Shown here piece after piece: positions 38,026 to 49,018 of a DNA stretch of 64,000 nt. Numbering within the stretch: the first letter of the stretch is position 1; every line of letters begins with the position of its first letter. A program made the translations under genes and the position numbers. A model generated the notes under the pieces. It was not told the origin of the DNA. It saw only the letters and a program-made list of their open reading frames with translations, and ran no database searches. The stretch lies in contig OZ240245.1 in assembly GCA_965198175.1 (NCBI GenBank), forward strand, positions 2,752,001 through 2,816,000. The letters run 5' to 3'. Origin of the DNA: Candidatus Poribacteria bacterium. Its GTDB lineage: Bacteria > Poribacteria > WGA-4E > PCPOR2b.

Positions 38026-40260
38026 ATGCAACCGTTTATCGAATCACTGCCAACTGAAGTGAATGCGAAGCTACAAAGGGCAAAACCCGCAGAAGAACAG
38101 GTGTTTATACAGGTCTCGACCGATCTCGTCGACGACCAGTCATTTGGGAAAAAATGGTTGGTGGCGACCAAGCAGCGCCTGCTGGTTATCCCAACAGGTG
38201 ACGTCTATGACGTTGAGGAGATACCGATCGAGGCAATCCAGGCGGCTAAGACAGAGGAATTGGTCGGTGGTGGTCGTCTCGAGATAGAGCGCAAAGCGGG
38301 CGCCCCCATCTGCTTGTACTATTCTAGTTCGTTGATTCCTAAGTTTGCTGACGTGGCCCTGGGGATTGGTCAACTCTCTAAAAAGGAAACCCTCGAACTG
38401 CCGACGGAGATAGAACGGACACGGTGCGCAAAGTGCGGACGGCTGCTTCCAGAGAAAGACAGCAAATGTGCAGCTTGTATGAAGAAATGGGACACGCTGT
38501 TGCGTATCCTAAGCTATGTCAAACCTTACCGTGTTCAATTGGCGTTGGTTATGTTGATAACAGTAACAAGCACGCTAATAGATGTGCTTCCACCGCTCAT
38601 TACACAGCACATCATTGATGATGTGCTTGTACCACGGTCAAACCTTGACCTCTTAGCCCGGCTTGTGGCAGGGCTTCTAGGGCTTCGCCTTCTCAGTTGG
38701 CTTTCCGAAGTCAGTCGCGCGGCATTAAGCAGTTGGCTGGGTTTTCGAGCATCTGAGGACATTAGGGCCGCACTCTATCGTTGTTTGCAGTTCCTGCCTA
38801 TTAGATTTTACGATAAACGCAAAGTAGGCGCGCTGATATCCCGAATGACCAACGATGCGGATCGGCTGGAGGATTATATTACTTACGATATTCCCTACAT
38901 CCTTTCTAACGCCCTGTTGCTGGTGGGTATTTTCAGTCTACTCTTGTATAAGAACTGGGTACTAACCCTCTACGTGTTACTCCCCGTGCCACTGATTGTT
39001 TTAGGAGGAACGCTGATTTGGAACCGCTTGAGGCGTTATTGGCGTCTCTGGTCCGCCAAGTGGGGCAGGCTCTCTTCCCACCTGAATGAGTCAATTACGG
39101 GGATTCGCTTGGTGAAAGCTTTCGCGCAGGAACAGCGTGAAAGCATCCGGTTTGACCGGCATAACGACGAACTTCGACAGGCGAATGTGATTGCGAATCG
39201 AGTCTGGTTTATCTTCTTCACCATCACGAACTTTCTCATGAGTTTCGGCGTCTTCTTCGTCTGGTACTTTGGCGGGAAACAGATTCTGAACGAGGAGTTG
39301 AAACTAGGAGAGTTGATGGCATTCATCAGTTACATTTGGATGCTCTATCAACCTCTTAAATGGCTTGGCGATGACTACAATTTAATGCTTCGCGCCTTTG
39401 CCGGCGCCGAGCGAATTTTCGAGGTTATGGACTCGCCCTCTGACCTGTTTAACGATCCAGACGCAACTCCGATGCCTAAAATCGACGGGCGAATAACTTT
39501 CAAAGACGTCACATTTGGTTATGATCCGGGCAAGCCAGTCCTTAGGGAAATCAATCTAACGGTAGAACAGGGCGAAATGATTGGACTAGTAGGCAAATCC
39601 GGCGCGGGTAAAAGCACGATAATTAACCTCATCTGCCGTTTCTACGATGTGACTCGGGGAACTTTGCAGGTTGATGGTGAGGATATCCGAAATATCCGAA
39701 TCGAGGATTTGCGCTCTCAAATCGGCATGGTCCATCAGGAGCCGTTTTTATTCAACAGGACGATTGCTGAAAACATCTGCTACGGCAAACCGGGCGCGGC
39801 CTTTGACGAAATCATGCGCGCAGCTATGGCTGCGGAAGCTCATGAATTTATCGTCGCCAAGCCGGACGGTTATGACACGGTGGTTGGTGAGCGCGGGAAC
39901 AAACTCTCCGGTGGTGAGAAACAGCGTATCGCTATCTCAAGGGCAATCTTGCATAATCCAAAGATTCTGATTCTCGACGAAGCGACATCGTCGCTCGATA
40001 CCTCGACTGAGACAAAGATTCAGGCTGCTATCGCTAGATTAGTCAAAGGACGGACGACCATTGCCATTGCTCACCGGTTATCGACGTTGCGCAACGCGGA
40101 TCGGCTGGTCGTTTTGGACGAGGGTAAAATCGCGGAGGTCGGTGCGCATGAGGAATTGATGGAGCGGAAAGGGATGTTTTACAACCTGGTCCAAACACAG
40201 CAGGCAACGTCAGCGGCAATTGCGGTCGGCGGCGAGAGAGACGATTCGGCGAATGAATAA
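38026..40260 (+). CDS. ABC exporter paralogue with the same N-terminal extension
   Basis: GKSGAGKS, LSGGEKQR, ILDEATS, AHRLS, CAKC-x10-CAAC. Confidence 0.92.
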   Translation: MQPFIESLPTEVNAKLQRAKPAEEQVFIQVSTDLVDDQSFGKKWLVATKQRLLVIPTGDVYDVEEIPIEAIQAAKTEELVGGGRLEIERKAGAPICLYYSSSLIPKFADVALGIGQLSKKETLELPTEIERTRCAKCGRLLPEKDSKCAACMKKWDTLLRILSYVKPYRVQLALVMLITVTSTLIDVLPPLITQHIIDDVLVPRSNLDLLARLVAGLLGLRLLSWLSEVSRAALSSWLGFRASEDIRAALYRCLQFLPIRFYDKRKVGALISRMTNDADRLEDYITYDIPYILSNALLLVGIFSLLLYKNWVLTLYVLLPVPLIVLGGTLIWNRLRRYWRLWSAKWGRLSSHLNESITGIRLVKAFAQEQRESIRFDRHNDELRQANVIANRVWFIFFTITNFLMSFGVFFVWYFGGKQILNEELKLGELMAFISYIWMLYQPLKWLGDDYNLMLRAFAGAERIFEVMDSPSDLFNDPDATPMPKIDGRITFKDVTFGYDPGKPVLREINLTVEQGEMIGLVGKSGAGKSTIINLICRFYDVTRGTLQVDGEDIRNIRIEDLRSQIGMVHQEPFLFNRTIAENICYGKPGAAFDEIMRAAMAAEAHEFIVAKPDGYDTVVGERGNKLSGGEKQRIAISRAILHNPKILILDEATSSLDTSTETKIQAAIARLVKGRTTIAIAHRLSTLRNADRLVVLDEGKIAEVGAHEELMERKGMFYNLVQTQQATSAAIAVGGERDDSANE

Positions 40261-40355
40261 AACTATGTTCCTTTGAGGAAAGCCAATTTTTGCAGACAAG
40301 CGAACAAACTTTTGATCGAAGTTGGATACAGTTACAAGAATCTTGGAGAATTCAT

Positions 40356-40916
40356 ATGAAAAACACTAACTCCTTCAGTGAAAATGACAATCCGAAGATA
40401 AAGCATGCAGTTACACCGATCCGGACACCACCTCCGGAATACGTCGATCCAAAGGACATCCGATTGTTCCGAGAACCGCCATGGAAACTGCGACTCTCCA
40501 TCGAAGACGACCGTTCCTACCTCATGGTCAGAATTGTCTGTGCAGCGCCGCTGTCCCAACCGTCGCGGTATATCTGCTTCCTTGACGAAAAGAATGAGGT
40601 CATCTGTACCGTCGAGAATCCGAGCGTCCTGGACGCTGAATCTCAACGCATTGTCAAGGAGGAGCTCAACCAACGGTACATGACCGCCATTATCGAACAG
40701 GTTGACTCCCTCCGGAATGAGTTTGGTGTGTCTTATTGGGATGTTACAACTAACCGAGGAAATCGAGAGTTTGTGGTGCGGAACGTTTCCGAGAGCGCGC
40801 AATGGATTTCACGACGTCGTCTACTGTTGATTGATGTGGACGGTAACCGGTTCGAAATTCCCAACCTCGACGCGCTCGATAAGCGAAGCCTCAATCTAAT
40901 TGGGATGGTGATTTAG
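40356..40916 (+). CDS. DUF1854 domain protein
   Basis: PLSQPSRYI, EELNQRY, YWDVTTNRG.REF, LLIDVDGNRFEIP...LDKRS. Confidence 0.8.
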   Translation: MKNTNSFSENDNPKIKHAVTPIRTPPPEYVDPKDIRLFREPPWKLRLSIEDDRSYLMVRIVCAAPLSQPSRYICFLDEKNEVICTVENPSVLDAESQRIVKEELNQRYMTAIIEQVDSLRNEFGVSYWDVTTNRGNREFVVRNVSESAQWISRRRLLLIDVDGNRFEIPNLDALDKRSLNLIGMVI

Positions 40917-41085
40917 AAGGCTTTGAATCCGATCGGAAGGACTTTGGAGCCCGTCCAGCAACTACCCGATTTAGCAATACAGCTCATCTACTATTTGGTG
41001 GTTGCCAAAGGCAGTTTTTGAGCGTCCCCCTGCACCGAGTTACGGTAGTTCTTCTATTGAATCGCCTAAAAACCTTCTGAATTTA

Positions 41086-41114
41086 TTGCAATATTCCTCT
41101 AGATGTGATAGAAT
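41086..41114 (+). promoter_or_regulatory. guaB promoter
   Basis: TTGCAA-17 nt-TAGAAT with TGn. Confidence 0.55.
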
Positions 41115-41293
41115 ACCTAGTTAAAATCTTTTAGAGCAGATGTCATGGACCTTCCGTTAGATTGGGGTACGCAACTGTGCTTTAATTAAAAAGTATCATG
41201 CCCTCGTTTTAGTTTGTAAGAATAGCGAGGATTCACTAAACCGTTCTGCAGACCCTTAGTTGTGCTCACCTAGGTACAAAGGAGGCGATTTAC

Positions 41294-42787
41294 GTGGATA
41301 TGAAATTTTCGGAGCCCCTATCTCCTAAATTTTCCAAGATGGGATTGACGTTTGATGATGTCTCATTAATCCCTGGCGAATCTAACGTACTCCCCAATGA
41401 AATTGACACAAGCACGCGATTGACCCGCCATATTCATCTTAACATCCCTATCTGTAGCGCCGCTATGGACACAGTAACGGAAGCGGAACTTGCGATTGCA
41501 CTTGCGCGGGAGGGAGGTATTGGGATGATTCACTTCAACTGTTCCATTGAGGAGCAGGTCAAGGAAGTGGATAAAGTCAAACGTTCAGAAAGTGGGATGA
41601 TTGATGATCCAATCACCTTAACTCCCGATAGAACAATTCGCGACGCGTTGGCAGTAGCCGCTCGCTACCGAATTGGAGGTGTCCCAATTGTGACGAAAGA
41701 AGGATACCTCCTTGGCCTCATCACGAACCGAGATCTGAAATATGAAGCAGATCTCGACCTGCCGGTGACGGCGTTGATGACATCGAGCGACCAACTCATC
41801 ACAGCATCTCAGGGGATTACACTCGAAAAAGCGAAGCAGATCCTGCATCAAATCCGGAAGGAAAAATTACCAATTGTTGATGAAAATTTTCGCCTTTGTG
41901 GGTTAATCACAATAAAAGATATAGACAAAGTTCAACAATATCCCGCAGCTTGTAAAGATGAATCGGGGAAATTGAGAGTTGGGGCAGCTATTAGTCCATT
42001 GTGGGATTTAGATAAAGTGGAAATGCTGGTTGATGCTGGTGCGGATGTGCTGGATATTGACACAGCACACGGTCATCATCAGAATGTGATTCATTCGACC
42101 CAACGAATTAAATCGGACTTTCCCAGCGTGGAGTTGATTGCTGGCAATGTTGTGACTGCCGACGCGACTCGCCAACTGATTGATGCTGGTGCCGATGCGA
42201 TTAAAGTTGGTATGGGACCAGGATCGATTTGCACCACTCGTGTCGTCGCTGGAATCGGCGTCCCGCAAATTACGGCAGTTTACGATTGCGCACGAGAAGC
42301 TGACAAAAACGGTATCCCAGTCATCGCTGATGGCGGCATCCGATATTCAGGTGATATTGCGAAGGCAATCGGCGCAGGGGCAAGCTCGGTAATGATAGGA
42401 AGCCTTCTTGCTGGGACAGAGGAAAGTCCTGGCGAAACAGTCATCTATCAAGGACGAACGTATAAGATCCACAGAGGTATGGGGTCTTTATCTGCCATGA
42501 AAGAACGCGGCGGCAGTGAGAGATATGGCCAAAAGAATCTCAATTTGTCAAATCTGGTGCCAGAAGGAATCGAAGGTCGAGTCCCCTACAAGGGTAAGTT
42601 AGATGATTTTGTCTATCAATTGGTCGGTGGACTCCGTTTAGCAATGGGATATTGCGGTATACCCGACATCGAATCGCTCCGCAAGGAAAGCATGTTTATT
42701 CGAGTATCGGACAGTGGTTACCGTGAAAGTCATCCTCACGATATCGCGATTACGGAAGAAGCACCTAATTATAGCGTGATGTCCTGA
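41294..42787 (+). CDS. guaB: IMP dehydrogenase
   Basis: [18 protein letters not shown] pair, [24 protein letters not shown]. Confidence 0.97.
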   Translation: MDMKFSEPLSPKFSKMGLTFDDVSLIPGESNVLPNEIDTSTRLTRHIHLNIPICSAAMDTVTEAELAIALAREGGIGMIHFNCSIEEQVKEVDKVKRSESGMIDDPITLTPDRTIRDALAVAARYRIGGVPIVTKEGYLLGLITNRDLKYEADLDLPVTALMTSSDQLITASQGITLEKAKQILHQIRKEKLPIVDENFRLCGLITIKDIDKVQQYPAACKDESGKLRVGAAISPLWDLDKVEMLVDAGADVLDIDTAHGHHQNVIHSTQRIKSDFPSVELIAGNVVTADATRQLIDAGADAIKVGMGPGSICTTRVVAGIGVPQITAVYDCAREADKNGIPVIADGGIRYSGDIAKAIGAGASSVMIGSLLAGTEESPGETVIYQGRTYKIHRGMGSLSAMKERGGSERYGQKNLNLSNLVPEGIEGRVPYKGKLDDFVYQLVGGLRLAMGYCGIPDIESLRKESMFIRVSDSGYRESHPHDIAITEEAPNYSVMS

Positions 42788-42994
42788 AGACATTATGATC
42801 GTGACAGCTTGAATTTGGAAGTCAATGGGTATAACAAAACTCTTGCTTCCTTTTGGCTATAGGTGAACTGGAGGCATGGGACGATTGTGTCGTTAAACTC
42901 AGTATTAAATTTTTTTCGATTAGTGCGCGAGAATCCAGATTCATGACTATAATAGATTTTATCGCATAACTGTTCTACCGTGTTGATGATTAGC

Positions 42995-43180
42995 TCACAC
43001 GCACGTGAAAATCCACAAGCAGAACCAAGCTAAGCCTGGTGTATCTGATAGCGTTACCTCGCCTTGCCCCGCGTTGGCAAACGAGCCTTCTATCGCTGGA
43101 TGTTAGACAACTACCAACCGATGTTCCCAATTGTACCCGGATGCCCCCGCTTGTTCCACTTACCCGAACCGCCACGAATA
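42995..43180 (+). pseudogene. Degraded IS982-like transposase fragment
   Basis: Translates GKRAFYRWMLDNYQPMFPIVPGCPRLF, resembling the 'RAFYRWL...LFP.LP.RTRLF' N-terminal region of that family. Confidence 0.5.
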
Positions 43181-43207
43181 CCTGACTGAAGTTTGATGTT
43201 GAACGCT

Positions 43208-43754
43208 CAAATTTACATCACAGTTACGGATTGGGTAATCCCCTGAAAACTCATCTGACCCCGGTCAGAGACACAACATACTTACTTGAAGCGGAAACAT
43301 TGATAATCGAATATACTAGTAAGCATGTAATTGGAGATAAAGCTTCGTCTCGAACCTACCCGAAGGAGGTACGACTCGGCCGATTTTATCTTGGCTATCG
43401 AAGCAATTGAGCGATGGAGAATGGCCTCGCAGCCATCGTGTCGAACTAAGAAAATATGACCAATGTCTATACTAAGAGCCTATTTGAAAAGCTCGGCTCC
43501 GTTTTCGATTGAGGCTAGTTGGGGGTAAATGCCTTGAAAACCGATGATTCTGACTCCCAAATGACCACCAATGGCTTTGCCAACTATTTTTTAACAGGAT
43601 CGAAAGAGGAGGTATCTGATTGAGTGTCTCATTAAGAAGATGGAATGGTAGCGTCGTATCTATTCTTAGTCTCGCAAGTTAGGAATCTGTGATTTTCAGT
43701 TCCCAGCTTTGTCTCCACACTGTCTAACTCTGTTGAAATGTCAACAGAACCTAG
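43208..43754 (+). mobile_element. Decayed right half of the IS5 element at 31313, with nested MITE
   Basis: Collinear with 31737-32133 (ACATCACAGTT, CCCCGGTCAGAGACAC, CGTCGTATCT). Identical right end GTTGAAATGTCAACAGAACCTAG. Confidence 0.85.
43476..43601. mobile_element. Diverged MITE copy nested in the IS remnant
   Basis: GAGCCTATTTGAAAA ... TTTTTTAACAGGATC, internal similarity to 31135-31265. Confidence 0.7.
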
Positions 43755-43899
43755 CATGTTTTGCGTCTAAATCATGAATGACATTCTACATATTAACGCA
43801 ACAACTATCCACCTCGTCAACAGTTCTCAAATAGTATGTTACTGAGAATCATATACCAAATTACCAGCACCAAAGATTATAATAGCGTAGGATAATACT

Positions 43900-46779
43900 G
43901 TGGAGGACAAATATCAACATACGGTACAAATGAAAGGATTATCGTTAAACTTTAGTTCGGCTTCCCTTCTTAATTTAACTGACAAAATAAAATCTAGCGT
44001 TGAGGGACGAATGGATTGGGGGGATACCTTTGGAATAGGGCTTAGCGCAAAAAACAATAAATATCTGTTGGTCTGGACCCCAAAAAAATCTTCAGAAGGT
44101 AAAATCCTTCCAGGATTTGATTCAGAGGATGGGAAACTCACACTTAAAATGAAGCCTCGTCCGGGAGCGTGGGTTTCCTGGATTGATGAAGCAAAAGTGG
44201 CTATGGAGGCGGTCGATGATTACGACCGCGTTCGGAAAAGTGTACAGGAGCTTGAGCGGAATACACGACAAATGATTGATTTTGCTGATGGTGTGCTCAA
44301 AGACATTACCGTTTTGCATCTCGGTAAGCCGCTCACATTATCTGAATTAGCCCTTGAGATTTTAGAAGTCGAGTTGACAATACCGACGACCATAAAAATC
44401 GGAGGTTATATTCTATCGCAATCACAGTTGCCAGTTCCCGCCGCTGCCAATGTGATTGTTCCGGAGCAAACGAACATCCATCGGATTCATATGAATGAAG
44501 ATGCGTTGTTCGAGGCGATTGGGACAGACGGGTATGACCAGGTTCTAGTTGTTTACCGTACACATATTAAGCACTATCCGGACCTTCTTGATATTAACTA
44601 CTGTTTAGCGCTTAGTGGTTATTTCGATGGAGAATTGTCCTCCGAAGATATTGTATCAAATATTCCCTGTTCTAGCTTGAAGCAAGGTGCAAGAGAAATA
44701 GAAATTTTTCCCACGGCCGCTATCTACGATCCTTTGCATACTGATACAGTTCAATTTGTTGCGATGACCTTCAATGCTCCTACTGAACAGATTCGAGAAG
44801 CGATTACACATTGTTCATCGGAGATTGATTGTTATGTGTCGAAAGCTAATCAGCGGGCATCCGAAATCATGGCGAATTTTCAGGGACGAATTGATAGTCG
44901 AATTCAAGCACTAAGCCTTCAGTCAAGTCAGCGAATCTACGAAAAAATTTGGGATGAAATTGCCAGCCACGAATTGCAGAACCGTATGGTTGAGTTGATG
45001 GATTTTTTCGGTGAATATTTTAGCGAAAACTTTGATTCAAATGTGGCTACTTCCCAAAAAGATCGCCTCAAAGGTAGCATTGATTCAATGGTTCAAGATT
45101 GGCAACTTCAGGATTTGCGTCAAACAACACTCAAGCAGCTTATTCTTGCTAGTTACAAGTTGGCAAATCAAGTCCTCGACCGCGCGACAGCGATGTTCTA
45201 TGATCTTGTATTTGAAAAACACTTCATCCAAACTGGACAGATTAAGCCCATCGAACTACAGGTGCTAGAAGATGGTAAAGTCCTTAATCAAGTTCACTTG
45301 CCCGAGTGGACGAAAAAAACAGTGCGAGATCGCTTGCATCTTTTCGGCCTGAAACCATCCATCCATCCCAAACAGATTGAAAGACTTCGAGGTTTATGGT
45401 TGGAATTTCTGGAGATTGCCAACCTTGCTAGTCGAAACAAACAACAGTTTGATATCATCCTAGAACCTTTGGTCGACATCCTGCTCTCCACCAAATCCTC
45501 CGCCAAGACTTCGGCAGATCGTAGAAGGTCGAGAACGGTTCCCATCCGGAAAAAGACGGACTTTGATGGTTTTGAGATTTCGGACGATGAACTAGCACGT
45601 GTACTTAGTCGTCTCAAGAGTAACTTCCATTTAATTGAACGCTGGATTCTGAACCTGCCCGAACCGCATTACAAAAATCAGCAACACCATGCAACATTGT
45701 GGATGATATTGACTGATGGCATTGTTCGAGAAAGGATCTATAAAAATTTTCCGCCAATCTGCGAGATTAATTTGAGTCCTCCGATAGCGGCGAAGAGATT
45801 GTTCGATCTCGTTCTTGACGGACAAGTTGTCGTATGTGATGAAAGAGATTTGAAAACTTTAAAACGCAATTTAGATCGAACACTATCCGAAAGAACAGGT
45901 CACGGATTACAAGAGATTTCAACGCCTTCCATGCTTAAAATCCATAGTGACACTTTGCTCTGCTTGCTATACGAAAAACTCGAAGCGTATCAAGAACAAT
46001 TAGAAAAACGGTTAACCCAAATGACAAGCACAAAATCCCAGAGCAAAGTCGCTAAGGCGAAAAAGGGACGAAAGAAGCAACTATCTACATCCGCCGCTGA
46101 CTTAGTAGAAACAATCGAATCAGAAAAGTCTAAAATTACCGAAATCTTAACATTTCTGACCCCTTATACAGACGCGCCGTCAGCGTTGCTTCAAACAGTA
46201 ATCAACCCCAAATCGCAGCAACTGAACCAAATTCGGCAACACCATGTGCTGAATTTCGATTTGCAAGCGTTGCCACCCATCGCGGAAACCTGGTTAGAAA
46301 ACGTAAAGTCACTAGAGGATTATACAAACCTACGCGCATTTCTACTTGAAAACCAACTCCCCATTTCGACAGCTGGACGGTTGTTGATGAATTATAGGAA
46401 GAATTTTGAAAGTTCCTCGGCCGCCCAGCCCGTTTCTGCAGATGTTTTTGATGTCGCATTGAATCTCATCCAAGAACTGAAATCTCTCCAAGAAGCAGGA
46501 TACACCGGAGAAACACTCGGCCGATTCAAAAATTACATCGCTGAGAAGTTATGGAGATGGGAGTTGACTCAAATTACAGAAGAAAAATTGGCTACGTTAA
46601 TCAAGGAGAAAGTATTGGTTTCAGTTGTCTGTTATGAGAAAGATGTTGAAGCCTTGTTGGAACATGCTGAGCGATACGATCAACTAGTAGAAGCGAAGTT
46701 TAGTGACAGATTTGAAATGAATGAACAAGCGAAAATGCTAGAAGAGAAATTTCACGCACTCGCTGAAACGATTTTGTAA
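43900..46779 (+). CDS. Large hypothetical protein, largely helical/coiled-coil
   Basis: 959-aa open frame, no recognised motif. Confidence 0.75.
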   Translation: MEDKYQHTVQMKGLSLNFSSASLLNLTDKIKSSVEGRMDWGDTFGIGLSAKNNKYLLVWTPKKSSEGKILPGFDSEDGKLTLKMKPRPGAWVSWIDEAKVAMEAVDDYDRVRKSVQELERNTRQMIDFADGVLKDITVLHLGKPLTLSELALEILEVELTIPTTIKIGGYILSQSQLPVPAAANVIVPEQTNIHRIHMNEDALFEAIGTDGYDQVLVVYRTHIKHYPDLLDINYCLALSGYFDGELSSEDIVSNIPCSSLKQGAREIEIFPTAAIYDPLHTDTVQFVAMTFNAPTEQIREAITHCSSEIDCYVSKANQRASEIMANFQGRIDSRIQALSLQSSQRIYEKIWDEIASHELQNRMVELMDFFGEYFSENFDSNVATSQKDRLKGSIDSMVQDWQLQDLRQTTLKQLILASYKLANQVLDRATAMFYDLVFEKHFIQTGQIKPIELQVLEDGKVLNQVHLPEWTKKTVRDRLHLFGLKPSIHPKQIERLRGLWLEFLEIANLASRNKQQFDIILEPLVDILLSTKSSAKTSADRRRSRTVPIRKKTDFDGFEISDDELARVLSRLKSNFHLIERWILNLPEPHYKNQQHHATLWMILTDGIVRERIYKNFPPICEINLSPPIAAKRLFDLVLDGQVVVCDERDLKTLKRNLDRTLSERTGHGLQEISTPSMLKIHSDTLLCLLYEKLEAYQEQLEKRLTQMTSTKSQSKVAKAKKGRKKQLSTSAADLVETIESEKSKITEILTFLTPYTDAPSALLQTVINPKSQQLNQIRQHHVLNFDLQALPPIAETWLENVKSLEDYTNLRAFLLENQLPISTAGRLLMNYRKNFESSSAAQPVSADVFDVALNLIQELKSLQEAGYTGETLGRFKNYIAEKLWRWELTQITEEKLATLIKEKVLVSVVCYEKDVEALLEHAERYDQLVEAKFSDRFEMNEQAKMLEEKFHALAETIL

Positions 46780-46792
46780 ATCAATCAATAAG

Positions 46793-47680
46793 ATGAAGGT
46801 TAGCATCATCGGTCAGGGCGATATTGTACTTCCTGTTGCCTCGGCAATCTGCCAACCAGGCCTTGTTACTGAGGTTATGCTGGTGGATAATAATAGAAGA
46901 GTTTCTAGTGGAGTTCTCCAGGACTTGCGGGCGGCCATTGCCAGTGTTGGATCTGACACTAAAGTGCTTTCCGCTAATAACCTTGCAGCACTAGTAGAAT
47001 CCGAAATAATCATTCTACTACCATCATTGTCTCGATTCAGTTGGACGCAGGCTCAACGAAGTGCAAATGCTGCCCTTGTTCGCCAATTTGCCCTGGGCAT
47101 CAAGCGGCACGCGCCTGCCGCGAAAATCGTGGTTGCAATACCACCAGCGGCCACTCTGGCTTTCGTCATTTATCGTGAACTTGGTGCAGTGCCGAGACAA
47201 GTGATCGGACTTTGTGGAAACATAGCAGATGCTAATCTGAAAGTTCAGATTGCAGATAGACTTGGCGTCTCAGTTCGGGATGTTACAACACTAGTGATTG
47301 GAAACGATGAAACTGTTTTCCCGCTCTTTCAATATTGTTGTGTGAACGGTATACCTGTCAATCAACTCCTCAACACAGGACAGATTCGTGAGCTTATGGA
47401 GGTTGCAAATGATAAGCGTAATCAAGCACTCGTAAATCATCCATATAACCTATCTGTCTCGCTTTCACAAATAGTTACGGCGATTGCAGTTGATAAGAAA
47501 AGGATTATGAACGTTAGCTCGCTGATTAAAGTAGGGGCATTAGAGGTTTATCTCAATGTTCCGACAAAAATTGGAAGGAATGGAGCCGATGAGATTGTTC
47601 AATTAAACCTGACAAATTCCCAACGTGAACAGTTCACTAAATTGGTTGCTAGAAGCATAACTGAACAACAACGCTTTTAG
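46793..47680 (+). CDS. Malate/lactate dehydrogenase-fold protein lacking catalytic residues
   Basis: Collinear with LDH-like MDH (MKVSIIG, IADRLGVSVRDV, NGIP, DKKRI, VPTKIGRNG), but GxGxxG, the substrate Arg and the catalytic His are replaced. Confidence 0.8.
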   Translation: MKVSIIGQGDIVLPVASAICQPGLVTEVMLVDNNRRVSSGVLQDLRAAIASVGSDTKVLSANNLAALVESEIIILLPSLSRFSWTQAQRSANAALVRQFALGIKRHAPAAKIVVAIPPAATLAFVIYRELGAVPRQVIGLCGNIADANLKVQIADRLGVSVRDVTTLVIGNDETVFPLFQYCCVNGIPVNQLLNTGQIRELMEVANDKRNQALVNHPYNLSVSLSQIVTAIAVDKKRIMNVSSLIKVGALEVYLNVPTKIGRNGADEIVQLNLTNSQREQFTKLVARSITEQQRF

Positions 47681-47804
47681 CGAAAACTAGTTTAACTACG
47701 CTAGAGCGAAAAAGATGTTGAGATTGAAGTTCGGGATGGTATCACATTACGCAAGATATTTTATGGTCGAATTCATTGAATTTTCCACATGGAACGGATG
47801 ATTA

Positions 47805-48920
47805 ATGAGAGAAATACATCGAAAAATTCCTGAATTGATTGAAGCTGATGAAATTAGCGCTTACTGTACAGTTGTTGAATCGAAAGGGTCTACGCCACAA
47901 AAACCCGGCTCCAAGTTGTTAATTTTGCCAGATTTACAGAATATTGGAACGCTAGGCGGTGGGTGTGTAGAAGCAGAGGCGCGGCGGCAAGCCATTGGCT
48001 TAATGCAAGGTGGAATCCCGCGTCTGCTTGAATTCCGACTGGATAGTGACTATGGTTGGGACGATGGACTCATTTGCGGAGGAAACATGAGAATTTTCAT
48101 TGATTTGCCCAAGAGCAAAGATGAGGCGTTCATGTTCACCTGTTTGGAAGAATTGATTGACCAGAAAGTTCCGCATGTTTTCGCTACGGTTGTAAAAAGC
48201 GAGATTAACGAGATCAAAGTCGGCATGAAAATGATCGCCGCAGCAAATGGCAATCGCATTGGATTACTGGGAAACACCGATTTAGAAGCATCCATCCAAA
48301 GTGAATCGACGGAAGTCCTAGTGCAAAACTCGCCACGTGTTTTTCGCTGGAAAGCGGGCAATGTCTGGGTTTTCATGGATCCAGTGCAACCCCGTCCAAC
48401 GTTGCTCATCGCTGGAGCTGGGCACGTTGGGCAAGCGCTTTGCCATCTCGGGGAGTGGCTCGATTTTGATATTGTAATCGTTGATGATCGTCCTGATTTC
48501 GCTTCAAAAGAACGATTGCCCGAAGCCGACCAGATTGTCATCGGCGACATCGCGGAAGAGTTGCGGAAATTCCCTATTGATCACATGACCTACGTTGTTA
48601 TTGTAACTCGTGGGCATCGGCACGACGAAGAGGCGCTCTATAGTGTCGTGGAGTCTCATGCATGTTATGTTGGTTTAATTGGTAGCCGCAGAAAGATAAA
48701 GCTCATTTTCGATGATTTGCTTGACCTTGGCGTCTCCGAAGAAACGTTGTCTCAAGTTTACGCACCGATTGGATTGGATATTGATTCCAAGACTGTGCCC
48801 GAGATCGCTGTGAGCATTGCTGCTCAACTGATTCAAGTCCGGAATAGTACCAAAAAAGATGTTCGATTCGATGCACAACCTGCGCGTATGCCCACCGTTA
48901 AAGTAAACGATAGCACCTAA
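47805..48920 (+). CDS. XdhC/CoxI family molybdoenzyme maturation factor
   Basis: GSTPQKPG, GTLGGGCVE, LICGG, GAGHVG, TRGH, YVGLIGSRRK, APIGLDI...PEIAVSI. Confidence 0.92.
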   Translation: MREIHRKIPELIEADEISAYCTVVESKGSTPQKPGSKLLILPDLQNIGTLGGGCVEAEARRQAIGLMQGGIPRLLEFRLDSDYGWDDGLICGGNMRIFIDLPKSKDEAFMFTCLEELIDQKVPHVFATVVKSEINEIKVGMKMIAAANGNRIGLLGNTDLEASIQSESTEVLVQNSPRVFRWKAGNVWVFMDPVQPRPTLLIAGAGHVGQALCHLGEWLDFDIVIVDDRPDFASKERLPEADQIVIGDIAEELRKFPIDHMTYVVIVTRGHRHDEEALYSVVESHACYVGLIGSRRKIKLIFDDLLDLGVSEETLSQVYAPIGLDIDSKTVPEIAVSIAAQLIQVRNSTKKDVRFDAQPARMPTVKVNDST

Positions 48921-49018
48921 AATTATACCCTATAAGTGAGGCATTGTTGCTAGTTTTTATTCTGAACATTTATATCGAACTTTCAACAGGAACTTACCGG
49001 CGTTTCCACACCAGAACA

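Noticed and set aside
41120..41290. Purine riboswitch in the guaB leader
   Set aside because: A hairpin (CCTCG...CGAGG) exists, but I could not find the purine-riboswitch core motifs.
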